Source: Pyrinomonadaceae bacterium
GTDB lineage: Bacteria; Acidobacteriota; Blastocatellia; Pyrinomonadales; Pyrinomonadaceae
Length of the DNA: 53,764 nucleotides
Direction: 5' to 3'
NCBI GenBank assembly: GCA_025923035.1
Contig: JAICGQ010000001.1
Coordinates: 1 to 53,764, forward strand
The notes beneath the pieces are model-generated. The model saw only the letters and a program-made list of their open reading frames with translations, did no database searches and had not been told where the DNA came from. Made by a program: the position numbers and the translations under genes. Of the stretch, positions 1-10,014 are shown in pieces (the first letter of the stretch is position 1; the number at the start of each line of letters is the position of its first letter).

Positions 1-2
1 AC

Positions 3-1256
3 CGCACGCATCTTCGCAACCTCAGCGCCGGCGCAAACTTCGAGACCACGGATCTTGGCAATTTCAGCGCGCGCGTTTACAGCGGAACGCAATTGTTCGA
101 TCAAAACTTCACGGCCGTCGCAGCAAATCGCAATAGCGAAACGCTGACTCGCGTGCAACGCGTGCCGTCGCAAGCGGTGGGTGGAATGTTTCAATGGTCG
201 CGTGCCGTGGGTGGGAACCACACGCTGGTCGCAGGTATCGACGCACGCGAGGTGCGCGGCGCCAGCGACGAGCTCGCGTTCGTGCAAAGCCGGCCGTCAT
301 TCTTTGTCGGCGCCGGAGGACGCGAGCGAACGATCGGCGTCTTCGCCGAAGACTTCTTTCATTTCAATCAACGGTTCTTCGTCACAGCGGGCGCGCGCTT
401 CGATCGCTGGCGTGAATTCGGTGCTCTCTCGACTACGACTCCTGTTAACACCACCCCGTCAGTCACGCAAACATTCCGCGATCGCACAGAGACTGCCTTC
501 AGCCCGCAAGTCTCGCTGATGTTCACGCCTTCGGATCGCGCGTCGTTCACCGCGCTGTTCACCCGCGCGTTTCGTCCGGCAACGCTTAACGAACTGTATC
601 GATCGTTCCGCGTCGGTGACGTGATCACGCTGGCTAACGAGAACCTGCGCGCCGAACGGCAAACCGGCGGTGAAGCCGGCGCGCGTTTCTATTTTTTCAA
701 CCAGCGACTCGAATCGCGCGTCACGATGTTTTGGACGGAAATCGCGCGGCCCGTCGCAAACGTCACCCTCAGCGTCACGCCTGCTCTGATTACACGTCAG
801 CGGCAGAATCTCGGACGTACGCGCTCACGTGGCATTGAAGTTGAAACTGAAGCGCGTTTGAGCCGGTATTGGACCATCAGCGCCGGCTATCTTTTCGCCG
901 ATGCGACGGTGCTGGAGTTTCCGGCAAATACAACACTGGAAGGTTTGCGCATCCCGCAGGTGCCTAAACATCAGGCAACGTTTCAGGTCCGGTACACGGA
1001 TCCGAAATGGTTCACGCTCGGAGTGCAGGCGCGCGCCGGTGGCGAACAGTTCGACGACGATCAGAACCGGTTTCCATTAGGTCGCTACTTCACGCTCGAC
1101 GCAATCGCTTCGCGCCGACTCAACCGAAACTTCGCCGTTTTCGTCGCTGCAGAAAACCTTTTCGATCAGCGTTATCTGATCGGTCGTACTCCCGTAACCA
1201 CCATTGGACCACCGCTACTGATCCGCGGCGGCATTCGCTTTCGCCTGCGCGGCTGA
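3..1256 (+). CDS. TonB-dependent receptor, C-terminal beta-barrel portion (5' end outside window)
   Basis: The frame is open from base 3 with no stop before the listed TTG at 93. The product has alternating beta-strand-like composition and a typical C-terminal barrel region (AAENLFDQRYLIGRTP...IRGGIRFRL). Confidence 0.8.
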   Translation, partial: RTHLRNLSAGANFETTDLGNFSARVYSGTQLFDQNFTAVAANRNSETLTRVQRVPSQAVGGMFQWSRAVGGNHTLVAGIDAREVRGASDELAFVQSRPSFFVGAGGRERTIGVFAEDFFHFNQRFFVTAGARFDRWREFGALSTTTPVNTTPSVTQTFRDRTETAFSPQVSLMFTPSDRASFTALFTRAFRPATLNELYRSFRVGDVITLANENLRAERQTGGEAGARFYFFNQRLESRVTMFWTEIARPVANVTLSVTPALITRQRQNLGRTRSRGIEVETEARLSRYWTISAGYLFADATVLEFPANTTLEGLRIPQVPKHQATFQVRYTDPKWFTLGVQARAGGEQFDDDQNRFPLGRYFTLDAIASRRLNRNFAVFVAAENLFDQRYLIGRTPVTTIGPPLLIRGGIRFRLRG

Positions 1257-1268
1257 GAAAACAAAGGT

Positions 1269-1607
1269 TTATCCGCAACACGCGGGAGACATGAAGATCG
1301 GATCGCGTTTGGCGGCCAAGGTGAGATCTGTGATCTTCGACGTCGTCAGCAGGTTCACGCTTTCCTCAACCGCGACGTAGAACAGTGCGCACCCACCAAT
1401 CTCCAGCTTCGCCGTCAACTGAGTTTCGAGATCTGCCGGCAGCGGCGCTCCGGTCAGGACGGCGTCGTGTTCCTTCTCACCGAACCATCCGCCAGTCAAC
1501 AAACCGCGGCACAGATGTGGATCCGTGATGCGGAACCGGTATTCGCTGTTCCTGGTTCGGATTGAGACCTCGTCCATCGCATTCAAGTCTCTCACTGTGA
1601 TGTCCAT
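1269..1607 (-). CDS. hypothetical protein (112 aa)
   Basis: ORF with protein-like, non-Arg-biased composition. It lies in tandem with the next small ORF. No family recognised. Confidence 0.45.
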   Translation of the reverse strand: MDITVRDLNAMDEVSIRTRNSEYRFRITDPHLCRGLLTGGWFGEKEHDAVLTGAPLPADLETQLTAKLEIGGCALFYVAVEESVNLLTTSKITDLTLAAKRDPIFMSPACCG

Positions 1608-1675
1608 CTCCTCGCCTCCTCCAAAACGGTTCTGCTTTGGGTGGCGAAATGATCGAAAACATCACAGCGACAGAG

Positions 1676-1939
1676 TCACAGCTTCGGACGCGCGCGCTGG
1701 AAAGCGCCCTCGAAATAGACCGGTTCGAGGCCTGTTGCCCAGTATTCCAGATCCATCTGGTTGGGTTGCGAAGTCTCCTGGTCGGTTTTCAATACAGGCT
1801 CGCTCGGATCGTCGGGATGAAACTCGATCCAACCGATCCACGTGCCGTCAACGCGTTCATCTCCGTAGCTACGAACGTGATACTCCGTTCCGTCCGGGTC
1901 TACCAGCACCGTCGTGTATTCCTGTAACAGCTTGCTCAT
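1676..1939 (-). CDS. hypothetical protein (87 aa)
   Basis: ATG-initiated ORF with balanced acidic composition, in the same orientation as 1269..1607. No family recognised. Confidence 0.45.
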   Translation of the reverse strand: MSKLLQEYTTVLVDPDGTEYHVRSYGDERVDGTWIGWIEFHPDDPSEPVLKTDQETSQPNQMDLEYWATGLEPVYFEGAFQRARPKL

Positions 1940-2055
1940 ACTTTCTCCCGTGCCGGAGTATTACCATTGACGTGTCTCGAAATTGTAGTATTCACAACAC
2001 GATGAGTACGTTGGAAGAAGCAAAGAAGAAAGCCGCGGCGACAAGCCCTGAAGCA

Positions 2056-2820
2056 CTATTGCATCTTTCCGGTTGACAGAAAACGCCAACGCTTAGTGTT
2101 CCGGCAGCTCGCCTGGTAGTTGTCGATTTGCAGCTTCGGCATCTTTCCCGGTGCGAACTCCGACATCGTCAGCACCGACGCTTTTGACGAGCTGCCCGGA
2201 AACCCCGACGCGCACGAGTCTTCGACTACCGTGCCGAACTCTTCAATCGCATGCCGGCGGCCGTTTTTAAACTCGACGAGCGTCGCCATCTGGATGAGAG
2301 TTCCCTGGGCCATGTCGCCGCTCGTCATCAACAACTCGTCAATGCCGTCGCTATTCAGATCCGTTTTGCGAACGATCGCGCTCATGAAATCGGAGTCGAC
2401 GTCGGCCACGAGTTGCTGGCCCGAGAAGATCGCGACGCGTTTGCTGCCGTAGTTGTCCGCATGCGACGCACCACACTCGTTGGTGTAGATCACGTACGCA
2501 GTCTGCGTCTGCCCCGGAGCCGTGAAACTTCCAGTCACCGCTTCGGACACCAGCGGCGCGATCTGACCGGCTTTGCGAGCAGCGCTGAGGTAATCGTCGC
2601 CACCGCCCGCGAAGTCCTGGCTGCATTTGTTTGAGTCACTCAGATACTTGCGAAAGACTTTCGCCAACACCATTCGCTGCGTCGCCGCCGTGATGCGTAG
2701 CGGTTTGCCCGAGCGATCCTGATTGCGAAAGTCGAACAGCACTTGTTTTCCTTTTTGCATCGCGGGCTGCTGCTGGCCCAACAAAACAGCACAGGTCATC
2801 AGAATAAACAGGCTTTTCAT
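2056..2820 (-). CDS. secreted hypothetical protein
   Basis: The likely true start is the internal Met giving MKSLFILMTCAVLLGQQ (signal-peptide-like). A DLNSDGIDELL motif resembles an FG-GAP/Ca-binding loop. The ORF-track start at 2871 would overlap the divergent gene. Confidence 0.6.
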   Translation of the reverse strand: MKSLFILMTCAVLLGQQQPAMQKGKQVLFDFRNQDRSGKPLRITAATQRMVLAKVFRKYLSDSNKCSQDFAGGGDDYLSAARKAGQIAPLVSEAVTGSFTAPGQTQTAYVIYTNECGASHADNYGSKRVAIFSGQQLVADVDSDFMSAIVRKTDLNSDGIDELLMTSGDMAQGTLIQMATLVEFKNGRRHAIEEFGTVVEDSCASGFPGSSSKASVLTMSEFAPGKMPKLQIDNYQASCRNTKRWRFLSTGKMQ

Positions 2821-2862
2821 GAGTTCACAGATTACACCCATTAGGAGTAATCTGTCCGCATT

Positions 2863-4308
2863 ATGAAACACAATCTGTGCGTAATACTGGCCGTCTTATT
2901 AATTTCTTTCTCAACCGCCAAGGCAGCAGCGGAAGACTGGTCGCAGTTTCGCGGACCGAACGGCACCGGCGTTTCCGCAACCACGGGCGTCCCGGAGACG
3001 TTTGGACCAGGCAAAAACGTCCTCTGGAAAACGGCACTTCCGCCGGGACATTCGTCACCGGTGCTGACTAACGACCGCATCTTCGTGACGGCGCACAACA
3101 ACCAGCAGTTGCTCGTGATCTGTCTCGATCGAAAGACCGGAAAGATTCTCTGGCAACGCGAAGCGCCGCGTTCGCACACCGGCCGCTTGCAGAACGTCAA
3201 CGGACCTGCGTCGCCGAGTCCGGTGACTGACGGCACGAATGTTTACGTCTTCTTCCAGGACTTCGGATTGCTGTCGTACGACGGTAAGGGCAAGGAACGT
3301 TGGCGGCTTCAGCTCGGGCCTTTCAACATGTTCTACGGCTTCGGCGCGTCGCCGATACTCGTCGACGACAAAGTGATCCTGCCGGTGGACCAGGACTATC
3401 CGGCGTCGTTTCTGATCGCCGTCAATAAGAACACGGGAAAAGTAAGCTGGAAAGTCGATCGTCCGATCGTGATCTCCGGCTACTCGACGCCAATCATTTA
3501 CGAACCCAAAGATGGACCAAAGCAGATCGTCGTCCCCGAGTCGTTTCAACTCTCGGCGTATTCGGTTGCCGACGGAAAACGCGTGTGGTGGGTGCGTGGG
3601 CTTGCGTGCGAGATGAAGTCGATTGCGAGTCACGATTCGGAGTATCTCTACATCAACGGTTGGGGCTTTCCGCAGAATCAACCCGACAAGAAGGTAGCGA
3701 CGATTGCCTTCGACGAAGCGCTCAAGCGTTACGACAAGGACAACGATCGCATGATCGCCAAGGCGGAGGCCGTCGGCGGAGCAGACCCGATGGACCGCAT
3801 GGTCAAAGGAGCGTTTGAAGCGTTCGACATGAATCGCGACGATAAACTCGACGATAAAGATTGGGACGTGTTCCGCGCGATGATGGCTTCGGACAATGGT
3901 CTGCTCGCGATCAAAATGGGCGGCAAGGGCGATCAAACAGCGACGGCGATCCGTTGGCGTTATCAAAAGCCGGTGCCGCAAGTGCCGTCGACGCTGCTCT
4001 ACAAAGGGGTGCTCTACATGATCAACGACAGCGGCATTCTCATCTCGTTCGATCCGCAAACCGGAAACGTGTTGAAGCAAGGTCGTCTGCACGGAGCGAT
4101 CGACAAATACTTCTCGTCGCCTGTTGCCGCGGACGACAAAGTGTTCCTCATCGGACAGGGCGGACAAGTCTCGGTGGTAAAAGCGCAGGGCGAATGGGAA
4201 GTCATGACTGTGAACGAGTTGGACGACGAATGTTTTGCGACGCCTGCGATCTCCGATGGTCACATTTACATCCGCACACGCAGCGCGCTGTACAGTTTCG
4301 GCAAATAG
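2863..4308 (+). CDS. PQQ-like beta-propeller repeat protein with inserted EF-hand pair
   Basis: Signal peptide MKHNLCVILAVLLISFSTAKA. DWSQFRGPNGTG opening typical of PQQ-like/BamB-like propellers. Two EF-hand loops (DKDNDRMIAKAE, DMNRDDKLDDKD). Confidence 0.8.
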   Translation: MKHNLCVILAVLLISFSTAKAAAEDWSQFRGPNGTGVSATTGVPETFGPGKNVLWKTALPPGHSSPVLTNDRIFVTAHNNQQLLVICLDRKTGKILWQREAPRSHTGRLQNVNGPASPSPVTDGTNVYVFFQDFGLLSYDGKGKERWRLQLGPFNMFYGFGASPILVDDKVILPVDQDYPASFLIAVNKNTGKVSWKVDRPIVISGYSTPIIYEPKDGPKQIVVPESFQLSAYSVADGKRVWWVRGLACEMKSIASHDSEYLYINGWGFPQNQPDKKVATIAFDEALKRYDKDNDRMIAKAEAVGGADPMDRMVKGAFEAFDMNRDDKLDDKDWDVFRAMMASDNGLLAIKMGGKGDQTATAIRWRYQKPVPQVPSTLLYKGVLYMINDSGILISFDPQTGNVLKQGRLHGAIDKYFSSPVAADDKVFLIGQGGQVSVVKAQGEWEVMTVNELDDECFATPAISDGHIYIRTRSALYSFGK

Positions 4309-4465
4309 ATCCGCGGCTTCGAACACAAGAACGAAGGTCCGTTCCTCACCAAAACTTTCCTGTCACAAAGGCAAAAGCGTGCGGTGTTTACTCACTTGAG
4401 CGCCTAAACCGGCTGATTTGAGCGGAATCAGTTGCGGATAAATCGCATAAAACTAAAGGGAAGAA

Positions 4466-5497
4466 ATGAGAAAGCTTTGCAGCACACGTCTGCTGTGCGT
4501 GTTTGCTCTGCTCGCGAGCACGTCTGTCCTGACGGCACAAACCACCGCCCCAAATCCCGATCCCGCGATCACCTCACTGAGCGTGACGGGCGTCGTCACT
4601 GATCTAAAAACCGATACACGCCAGGTAATCGTCAAGACCGCTGCCGGTAACGAAGTCGCGGTCACGCTGAGCGACCGCACGACGTTCATGCGCATTCCGC
4701 CGGGCGAAAAAACGAAAGACAAGTTTGTCCCCATCACCGCAACGGATTTCGGTGTCGGCGACAGCGTCTTTGCTCGCGGTCGAATGGCGGCGGATCTCAA
4801 GAGCATGCCGGCGCTCGAGTTTTACGTGATGAGCAAGACAGAGATCGCGCAGAAGCGGGAACGCGAACGCGATGAATGGACCAAGCGGGGAGTTGCGGGA
4901 ACGGTGAGCAGTCTTAATGCGGAGAAGAACGAGATCTCGATCGACACGCGCACACCCGAAGGACCAAAACCGATCGTCGTCGCCACCGGCGCGCAAACAA
5001 AGTTTCGCCGTTACGCGCCTGACTCGGTGCGCTTCAGCGATGCCGTGCCAAGCTCATTTGGTGAGTTGAGGGTCGGTGATCAGCTTCGCGCACTGGGCAC
5101 GAAAAGCCCGGACGGTACGCGCTTCACGCCGGAAGAAATCGTAGCCGGATCGTTTCAAACGATCGGCGGCGCGATCACTGAAATCAACGTCGAGAAGCGT
5201 GAGATCAAGCTCAACGACATTCAAAGTAAGCAGGCAGTCACGGTGGTGGTGACGAAAGATTCGTCGATGCGCAAGTTCACAGGAACTGGTGACTTGCAGG
5301 AGGTGTTCGATCAACTTCCGACATTCACACTCCAGGAATTGAAGCCCGGTGACTCGATTCTGATCTCCAGCACCAGGGGAGCTGACCCTACGCGCATAAC
5401 GGCGATTGCGATCGTAAGCGGAGTCGCGCCGCTGCTGCAGAAAGCTCAAGGAAATCGCGGTATTTCGCTCGGTGCAATGAGTCTCGGCGGACCGTAA
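4466..5497 (+). CDS. secreted hypothetical protein, repetitive beta-rich
   Basis: Signal peptide (LLCVFALLASTSVLTAQ), followed by repeated V-x-V-x-T/K-rich segments. The gene ends 27 nt before the downstream TonB-dependent receptor, so it is probably co-transcribed. Confidence 0.65.
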   Translation: MRKLCSTRLLCVFALLASTSVLTAQTTAPNPDPAITSLSVTGVVTDLKTDTRQVIVKTAAGNEVAVTLSDRTTFMRIPPGEKTKDKFVPITATDFGVGDSVFARGRMAADLKSMPALEFYVMSKTEIAQKRERERDEWTKRGVAGTVSSLNAEKNEISIDTRTPEGPKPIVVATGAQTKFRRYAPDSVRFSDAVPSSFGELRVGDQLRALGTKSPDGTRFTPEEIVAGSFQTIGGAITEINVEKREIKLNDIQSKQAVTVVVTKDSSMRKFTGTGDLQEVFDQLPTFTLQELKPGDSILISSTRGADPTRITAIAIVSGVAPLLQKAQGNRGISLGAMSLGGP

Positions 5498-5523
5498 CAC
5501 GAATTTTAAAACAAGGATCGATC

Positions 5524-8520
5524 ATGAAAAGTCTCCTGTGTGTTCTTCTGTTGTGTATTTCCGTGACGGCGCAGCAGCGCGTCGGATCTCTGCGCGGGCA
5601 GGTCACGGACGAACTCGGGGCGCTGGTTGTGGGCGCAACGGTCACACTCGTGGGCGCCGATGGATCGCAAAAGACTGCGACGACAAACGCCGACGGTGTT
5701 TACACCATCAACTCGCTCGCGCCCGGTGCATACACGTTGCGCATCGTCGCGCCTGGCTTCACTGCGTATGAGCAGACCGAGATCGCAATCGCTGCCGGAT
5801 CGCGTACGACCCACGACGCTCGCCTCGTCGTGACACTCGAAAAGCAGGTGATCACAGTTACCGAAGAACGCGGCCTCGATACTGATCCGGCCAGCAACGC
5901 CGACGCCGTTGTGCTGAGAGGTCAGGAGCTCGACGTTTTGCCTGACGATCCCGACGCGCTCGCTTCCGCGGTGCAGGCGATGGCTGGTCCATCCGCTGGT
6001 CCAAACGGCGGCCAAATCTTTATCGACGGTTTCACCGGCGGACGCATGCCGCCGAAGGAATCGATTCGCGAAGTCCGCATCAATCAAAACCCGTTCAACG
6101 CCGAAAACAACAACATCGGCTTCGGTCAGATCGAGATCTTCACCAAACCGGGCGCGGACAAGTTGCGCGCAAGCAGTTTCTTCAACTTCAGCGACGAGAG
6201 CCTGAATTCACGCAATCCGTTTGCGCCGCGGCGCGCGCCTTTCCAGGTGCGTTACTACGGCGGCAGCGTCAGCGGTCCAATCACGCGTGGCAAGTCGTCG
6301 TTCTTTCTCGACGTCCAGCGACGTATCACCGACGACAACGCGATCATCAACGCGCAGGTTCTCAACTCGAACCTGATCCCAACGCCGTTCAACGTCGCGT
6401 TGCTCGTGCCGAATCGCTTCTTCTCCGTCAGTCCTCGCTTTGACTATCAACTGAACCAGGCCAATACGCTCGTAGTCCGCTATTCGTATACAAACACCAG
6501 GGCCGACAACGTGGGCGCGTCAGACTTCTCGCTGCCGGAGCGCGCGTTCAGTCGTTCAAACACGACGCAGACGTTTCAGGTAACGGAGACGGCGATCCTG
6601 AGTCCGGCGCTGATGAACGAAACGCGGTTCCAGTACATCCGCACTCGCGGCGACCAGAACGGCAACAACGTGATTCCAACGATCGTGGTCCAGGACGCGT
6701 TCATCGCCGGTGGCTCGCAGGTCGGATTGGCCCACAACAACGAAGACCGTTGGGAAGTACAGAACTATTCGACGTGGACCAAAGATCGGCACATTCTGCG
6801 TTTCGGCGCGCGCGTGCGCGGCGTCAGCATCACCGATTTCTCGCCGCAGAACTTCGGCGGCACGTTTACGTTCGCCGGAGGCGACGCGCCACTGCTGGAT
6901 GCCAACAACCAGATTGTTCTCGGCGCGAATGGCCAGCCCGTGTTGATTCCGATCACCAGTCTGGAACGTTATCGCCGGACGCTGTTGTTCCAGGGCAATC
7001 CGAACATGCGGTCACTTGGCGGCGGCGTCACTCAGTTTTCGATCGCGGGTGGAAATCCCGAAGCGTCAGTGACACAAAGAGATTTGGGAATCTTCATTCA
7101 GGACGAGTGGCGCGTTCGTCCGAACCTGACGTTCACGGCGGGGTTCCGTTACGAGCGCCAGACGAACATCAGCAGCAACTACAACTTTGCGCCGCGGTTG
7201 TTCTTCGCGTGGGCGCCGGGTGGCACGAGCGTCGGCGGTGGTCCAGGTGGTTCGTCGAGCTCCTCGCCGAAGATGGTGATTCGCGGCGGCATCGGTGTCT
7301 TTTACGATCGTTTCGGCGAGCGCGCGACGCTGCTGGCGAACCGTTTCGACGGCGAGAACCAACTCGATTTCCGCGTTTTCGATCCGCAGATCCTCGACGC
7401 GTCCACGTTCTCACTGAACGGCGTGACTAACGTCCCCACGGCCGCGGCACTCGCCGCTTTTGCAGCGCCGCAAATCACGCGACACATCGCCGGCGATTTT
7501 CAGGCGCCGACGTTCGTCATGACCGCAGTGAACTTCGAACGACAATTGCCGTCGAAGTTCACGTTCTTCGCCGTCTTTTTCAACTACCGCGGCAAGCACC
7601 TGCTGCGCGTGCGCAACATCAACGCGCCCCTGTCCGGCACTTACGATCCTGCGAATCCCGACACCGCGATCCGGCCGCAGGGCAACATCGGCGACACTTA
7701 CTACTACGAGTCGAGCGCAACCTTTAACGACTATCGCTTCTTCGGCGGATTGCGTCGTCAGATGAGCAAAGGGTTTTCAGTCTTCGCAAACTTCGGCACC
7801 GGCCGAGGCAGGACCGATACTGATTGCATCTTCGGAGGCATTAACAATTGCTTTCCGGCCGACAGTTACGACACGAGTAGTGAGTATTCGCGAGTCGCGT
7901 TTATTCCGACCGCCAGCTTCTTCGTTGGCGGCTCGCTTGTGTTGCCGAAGCTGAAGATCAACATGAATCCATTCATCGTGTATTCAAGTGGCCGTCCATT
8001 CAACATCGTTACCGGCCGCGATACGAACGGTGATGGATTGTTTACCGAGCGTCCGGCATTCGCGACGTCGCAAACTGATTCGCAGAACTTGAGACGCACA
8101 ACTTTTGGAGACTTTGATTTGGCGCCTGCGCCGGGTCAGGAATTGATTCCGCGAAACTACGGTCTGGGCCCGAGTTTCTTCTCGGTGAATCTGGGCATCA
8201 ACCGATCGTTTGCGTTTGGCAACATTCCGTCAGCACCCGCGCCCGCGGGAGCAGCCGCGAAGCCGCCAGGCAATGCCGCGGCTCCGGCGAACGCCGCTCC
8301 GGCGAGTGGTCCAAGTCCGGAAAAGCGATACACGCTGACGCTTTCAGTAAACATTCAAAACCTGCTGAACACCACCAACCTGCAAAACCCGATCGGGAAC
8401 TTGAGTTCGCCGCGATTCGGCGAATCGTTTTCTACGGCGGGCGGCTTTGGGTTTGGACCAAGCGGCAGTCCCGCTGCCGGCAACCGCCGCATCCAGGTCC
8501 AGGTTCGGTTGGGTTTCTAA
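5524..8520 (+). CDS. TonB-dependent receptor with carboxypeptidase-regulatory-like N-terminal domain
   Basis: Signal peptide, then the LRGQVTDELGALVVGATVTLVG...YTLRIVAPGF CarboxypepD_reg-like fold. A long beta-barrel follows and the C-terminus ends ...VQVRLGF with terminal Phe. Confidence 0.9.
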   Translation: MKSLLCVLLLCISVTAQQRVGSLRGQVTDELGALVVGATVTLVGADGSQKTATTNADGVYTINSLAPGAYTLRIVAPGFTAYEQTEIAIAAGSRTTHDARLVVTLEKQVITVTEERGLDTDPASNADAVVLRGQELDVLPDDPDALASAVQAMAGPSAGPNGGQIFIDGFTGGRMPPKESIREVRINQNPFNAENNNIGFGQIEIFTKPGADKLRASSFFNFSDESLNSRNPFAPRRAPFQVRYYGGSVSGPITRGKSSFFLDVQRRITDDNAIINAQVLNSNLIPTPFNVALLVPNRFFSVSPRFDYQLNQANTLVVRYSYTNTRADNVGASDFSLPERAFSRSNTTQTFQVTETAILSPALMNETRFQYIRTRGDQNGNNVIPTIVVQDAFIAGGSQVGLAHNNEDRWEVQNYSTWTKDRHILRFGARVRGVSITDFSPQNFGGTFTFAGGDAPLLDANNQIVLGANGQPVLIPITSLERYRRTLLFQGNPNMRSLGGGVTQFSIAGGNPEASVTQRDLGIFIQDEWRVRPNLTFTAGFRYERQTNISSNYNFAPRLFFAWAPGGTSVGGGPGGSSSSSPKMVIRGGIGVFYDRFGERATLLANRFDGENQLDFRVFDPQILDASTFSLNGVTNVPTAAALAAFAAPQITRHIAGDFQAPTFVMTAVNFERQLPSKFTFFAVFFNYRGKHLLRVRNINAPLSGTYDPANPDTAIRPQGNIGDTYYYESSATFNDYRFFGGLRRQMSKGFSVFANFGTGRGRTDTDCIFGGINNCFPADSYDTSSEYSRVAFIPTASFFVGGSLVLPKLKINMNPFIVYSSGRPFNIVTGRDTNGDGLFTERPAFATSQTDSQNLRRTTFGDFDLAPAPGQELIPRNYGLGPSFFSVNLGINRSFAFGNIPSAPAPAGAAAKPPGNAAAPANAAPASGPSPEKRYTLTLSVNIQNLLNTTNLQNPIGNLSSPRFGESFSTAGGFGFGPSGSPAAGNRRIQVQVRLGF

Positions 8521-8524
8521 CACC

Positions 8525-8965
8525 TTACGAGTTCTTCTGCTTCTCGAGCTCGGCGCGCAGGCGTTCTTCCTGCGCGCGAGCTTCGGGTGTGAGCTCGGCG
8601 CCAAAATCCTCGATCTCACCCACCTGACGAATCTCGATCTCGGTGTTGTCAGGCGAACTCGCCGGATCGAAGGGAATGCGTTTGACCCATTCGACGGCTT
8701 CGTCGAGTGAATTCACCTTCCACAGCCAGAAACCCGCGACGAGCTCCTTCGTCTCCGCGAATGGACCATCGGTGACGATTCTCTTGTCGCCGGAAAACTT
8801 CACGCGTTTCCCTTTCGAGCTCGGGCGAAGACCCTCGCCCGCGAGCATGACGCCCGCTTTCACCAACTCCTCGTTGAAATTACCCATGTCAGTGAGCAGT
8901 TTCTCGCTCGGCATCACTCCCGCTTCTGATTGCTCGTTAGCCTTGATAATGACCATCACTCTCAT
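8525..8965 (-). CDS. YCII-related (YciI-like) domain protein
   Basis: VTDGPFAETKELVAGFWLW motif and a size typical of the YCII/DGPF family. Confidence 0.8.
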   Translation of the reverse strand: MRVMVIIKANEQSEAGVMPSEKLLTDMGNFNEELVKAGVMLAGEGLRPSSKGKRVKFSGDKRIVTDGPFAETKELVAGFWLWKVNSLDEAVEWVKRIPFDPASSPDNTEIEIRQVGEIEDFGAELTPEARAQEERLRAELEKQKNS

Positions 8966-9081
8966 TTTTATCTCTCCTGAATTGGTTTATTTCCGCTTCT
9001 CAATGGTTAATCGAACGAGGGAATTGGGGATCGACATTTCGGGCAATAAATTTTTTGGGGGCCTAATGCTAACATCTTCAC

Positions 9082-9933
9082 ATGATCGTCCACCTGCTCG
9101 ACGGAACGTACGAACTGTTCCGCCACTTCTACGGACTCCGGCGCTTTAAGAAAACTGATCCTCCCTTTGGCGCGGTTTCCGGTGTGCTCTCCACAGTGCT
9201 GCAGTTGATCGACGAGGGCGCCACGCACGTCGGTGTCGCGACGGACCACGTGATCGAGTCGTTTCGTAACAAACTGTGGCCGGGTTATAAAACGAGCGCC
9301 GGTATGGAACGCGCGTTGTTGGCGCAGTTTGTTCCCCTTGAAGAAGCGCTGCTGGCGATGGGTGTGGTCGTTTGGCCGATGATCGATCTCGAAGCTGACG
9401 ATGCGCTCGCTTCAGCGGCGCACTTGGCCGAACAGGACGAGCGGGTCGAGAAGATTTGCATCTGGACACCCGACAAGGATCTCGCGCAATGCGTGCGCGA
9501 TGATCGTGTGGTACAAGTGGACCGGCGATCAGGCGTCATCAGAAATGCTGAAGGGGTGCAGGCGAAGTTTGGCGTTCAGCCCGAGTTTATTCCCGACTAT
9601 CTGGCGCTCGTCGGCGACTCAGCGGATGGTTATCCCGGAATTACGGGGTATGGACCAAAGACCGCGGCGCAGTTCATCAACCGTTATGGACCAATTGAAA
9701 GCTTTCCCCCCGACACATTGAACGAAGACAATCGCACACACGCGTTGCTGTTCAAGGATCTCGCAACCTTGCGCATCGATGCGCCGCTGTTTGACGACGT
9801 CGAGGAGTTGCGGTGGCGTGGTCCAACCAGCGAGTTCGCTGCGTACGCTGAGAAGATCGGAAGTGCGAGACTGCTGCAACGAGTGCGTAAACTCGAGAAG
9901 CGTCTGGCATCGACCGAAGCCTCTGGCGCGTGA
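9082..9933 (+). CDS. 5'-3' exonuclease / flap endonuclease (Pol I N-terminal-domain-like)
   Basis: MIVHLLDGTYELFRHFY opening, DKDLAQCV acidic motif, and an H3TH-like segment DGYPGITGYGPKTAAQFI. Confidence 0.85.
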   Translation: MIVHLLDGTYELFRHFYGLRRFKKTDPPFGAVSGVLSTVLQLIDEGATHVGVATDHVIESFRNKLWPGYKTSAGMERALLAQFVPLEEALLAMGVVVWPMIDLEADDALASAAHLAEQDERVEKICIWTPDKDLAQCVRDDRVVQVDRRSGVIRNAEGVQAKFGVQPEFIPDYLALVGDSADGYPGITGYGPKTAAQFINRYGPIESFPPDTLNEDNRTHALLFKDLATLRIDAPLFDDVEELRWRGPTSEFAAYAEKIGSARLLQRVRKLEKRLASTEASGA

Positions 9934-10014
9934 CACATGTTGAATAAAAACATGAACGTTTCGTCTGCGCCTCAGCAGGGCCTCTGGCGGGAGATACATT
10001 TTTAACTAACCGGG

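Noticed and set aside
3055-4326. Long antisense or out-of-frame ORFs. Examples: 3055..4326(-), 19813..20598(-), 29489..30463(+), 30824..32026(+), 47853..48548(+), 49184..49990(+), 50148..50678(-), 46582..47109(-).
   Set aside because: Their translations are Arg/His/Pro-rich and low in complexity, as expected for wrong-frame reading of GC-rich DNA. Each lies entirely within an opposite-strand or alternate-frame ORF that carries clear family motifs.
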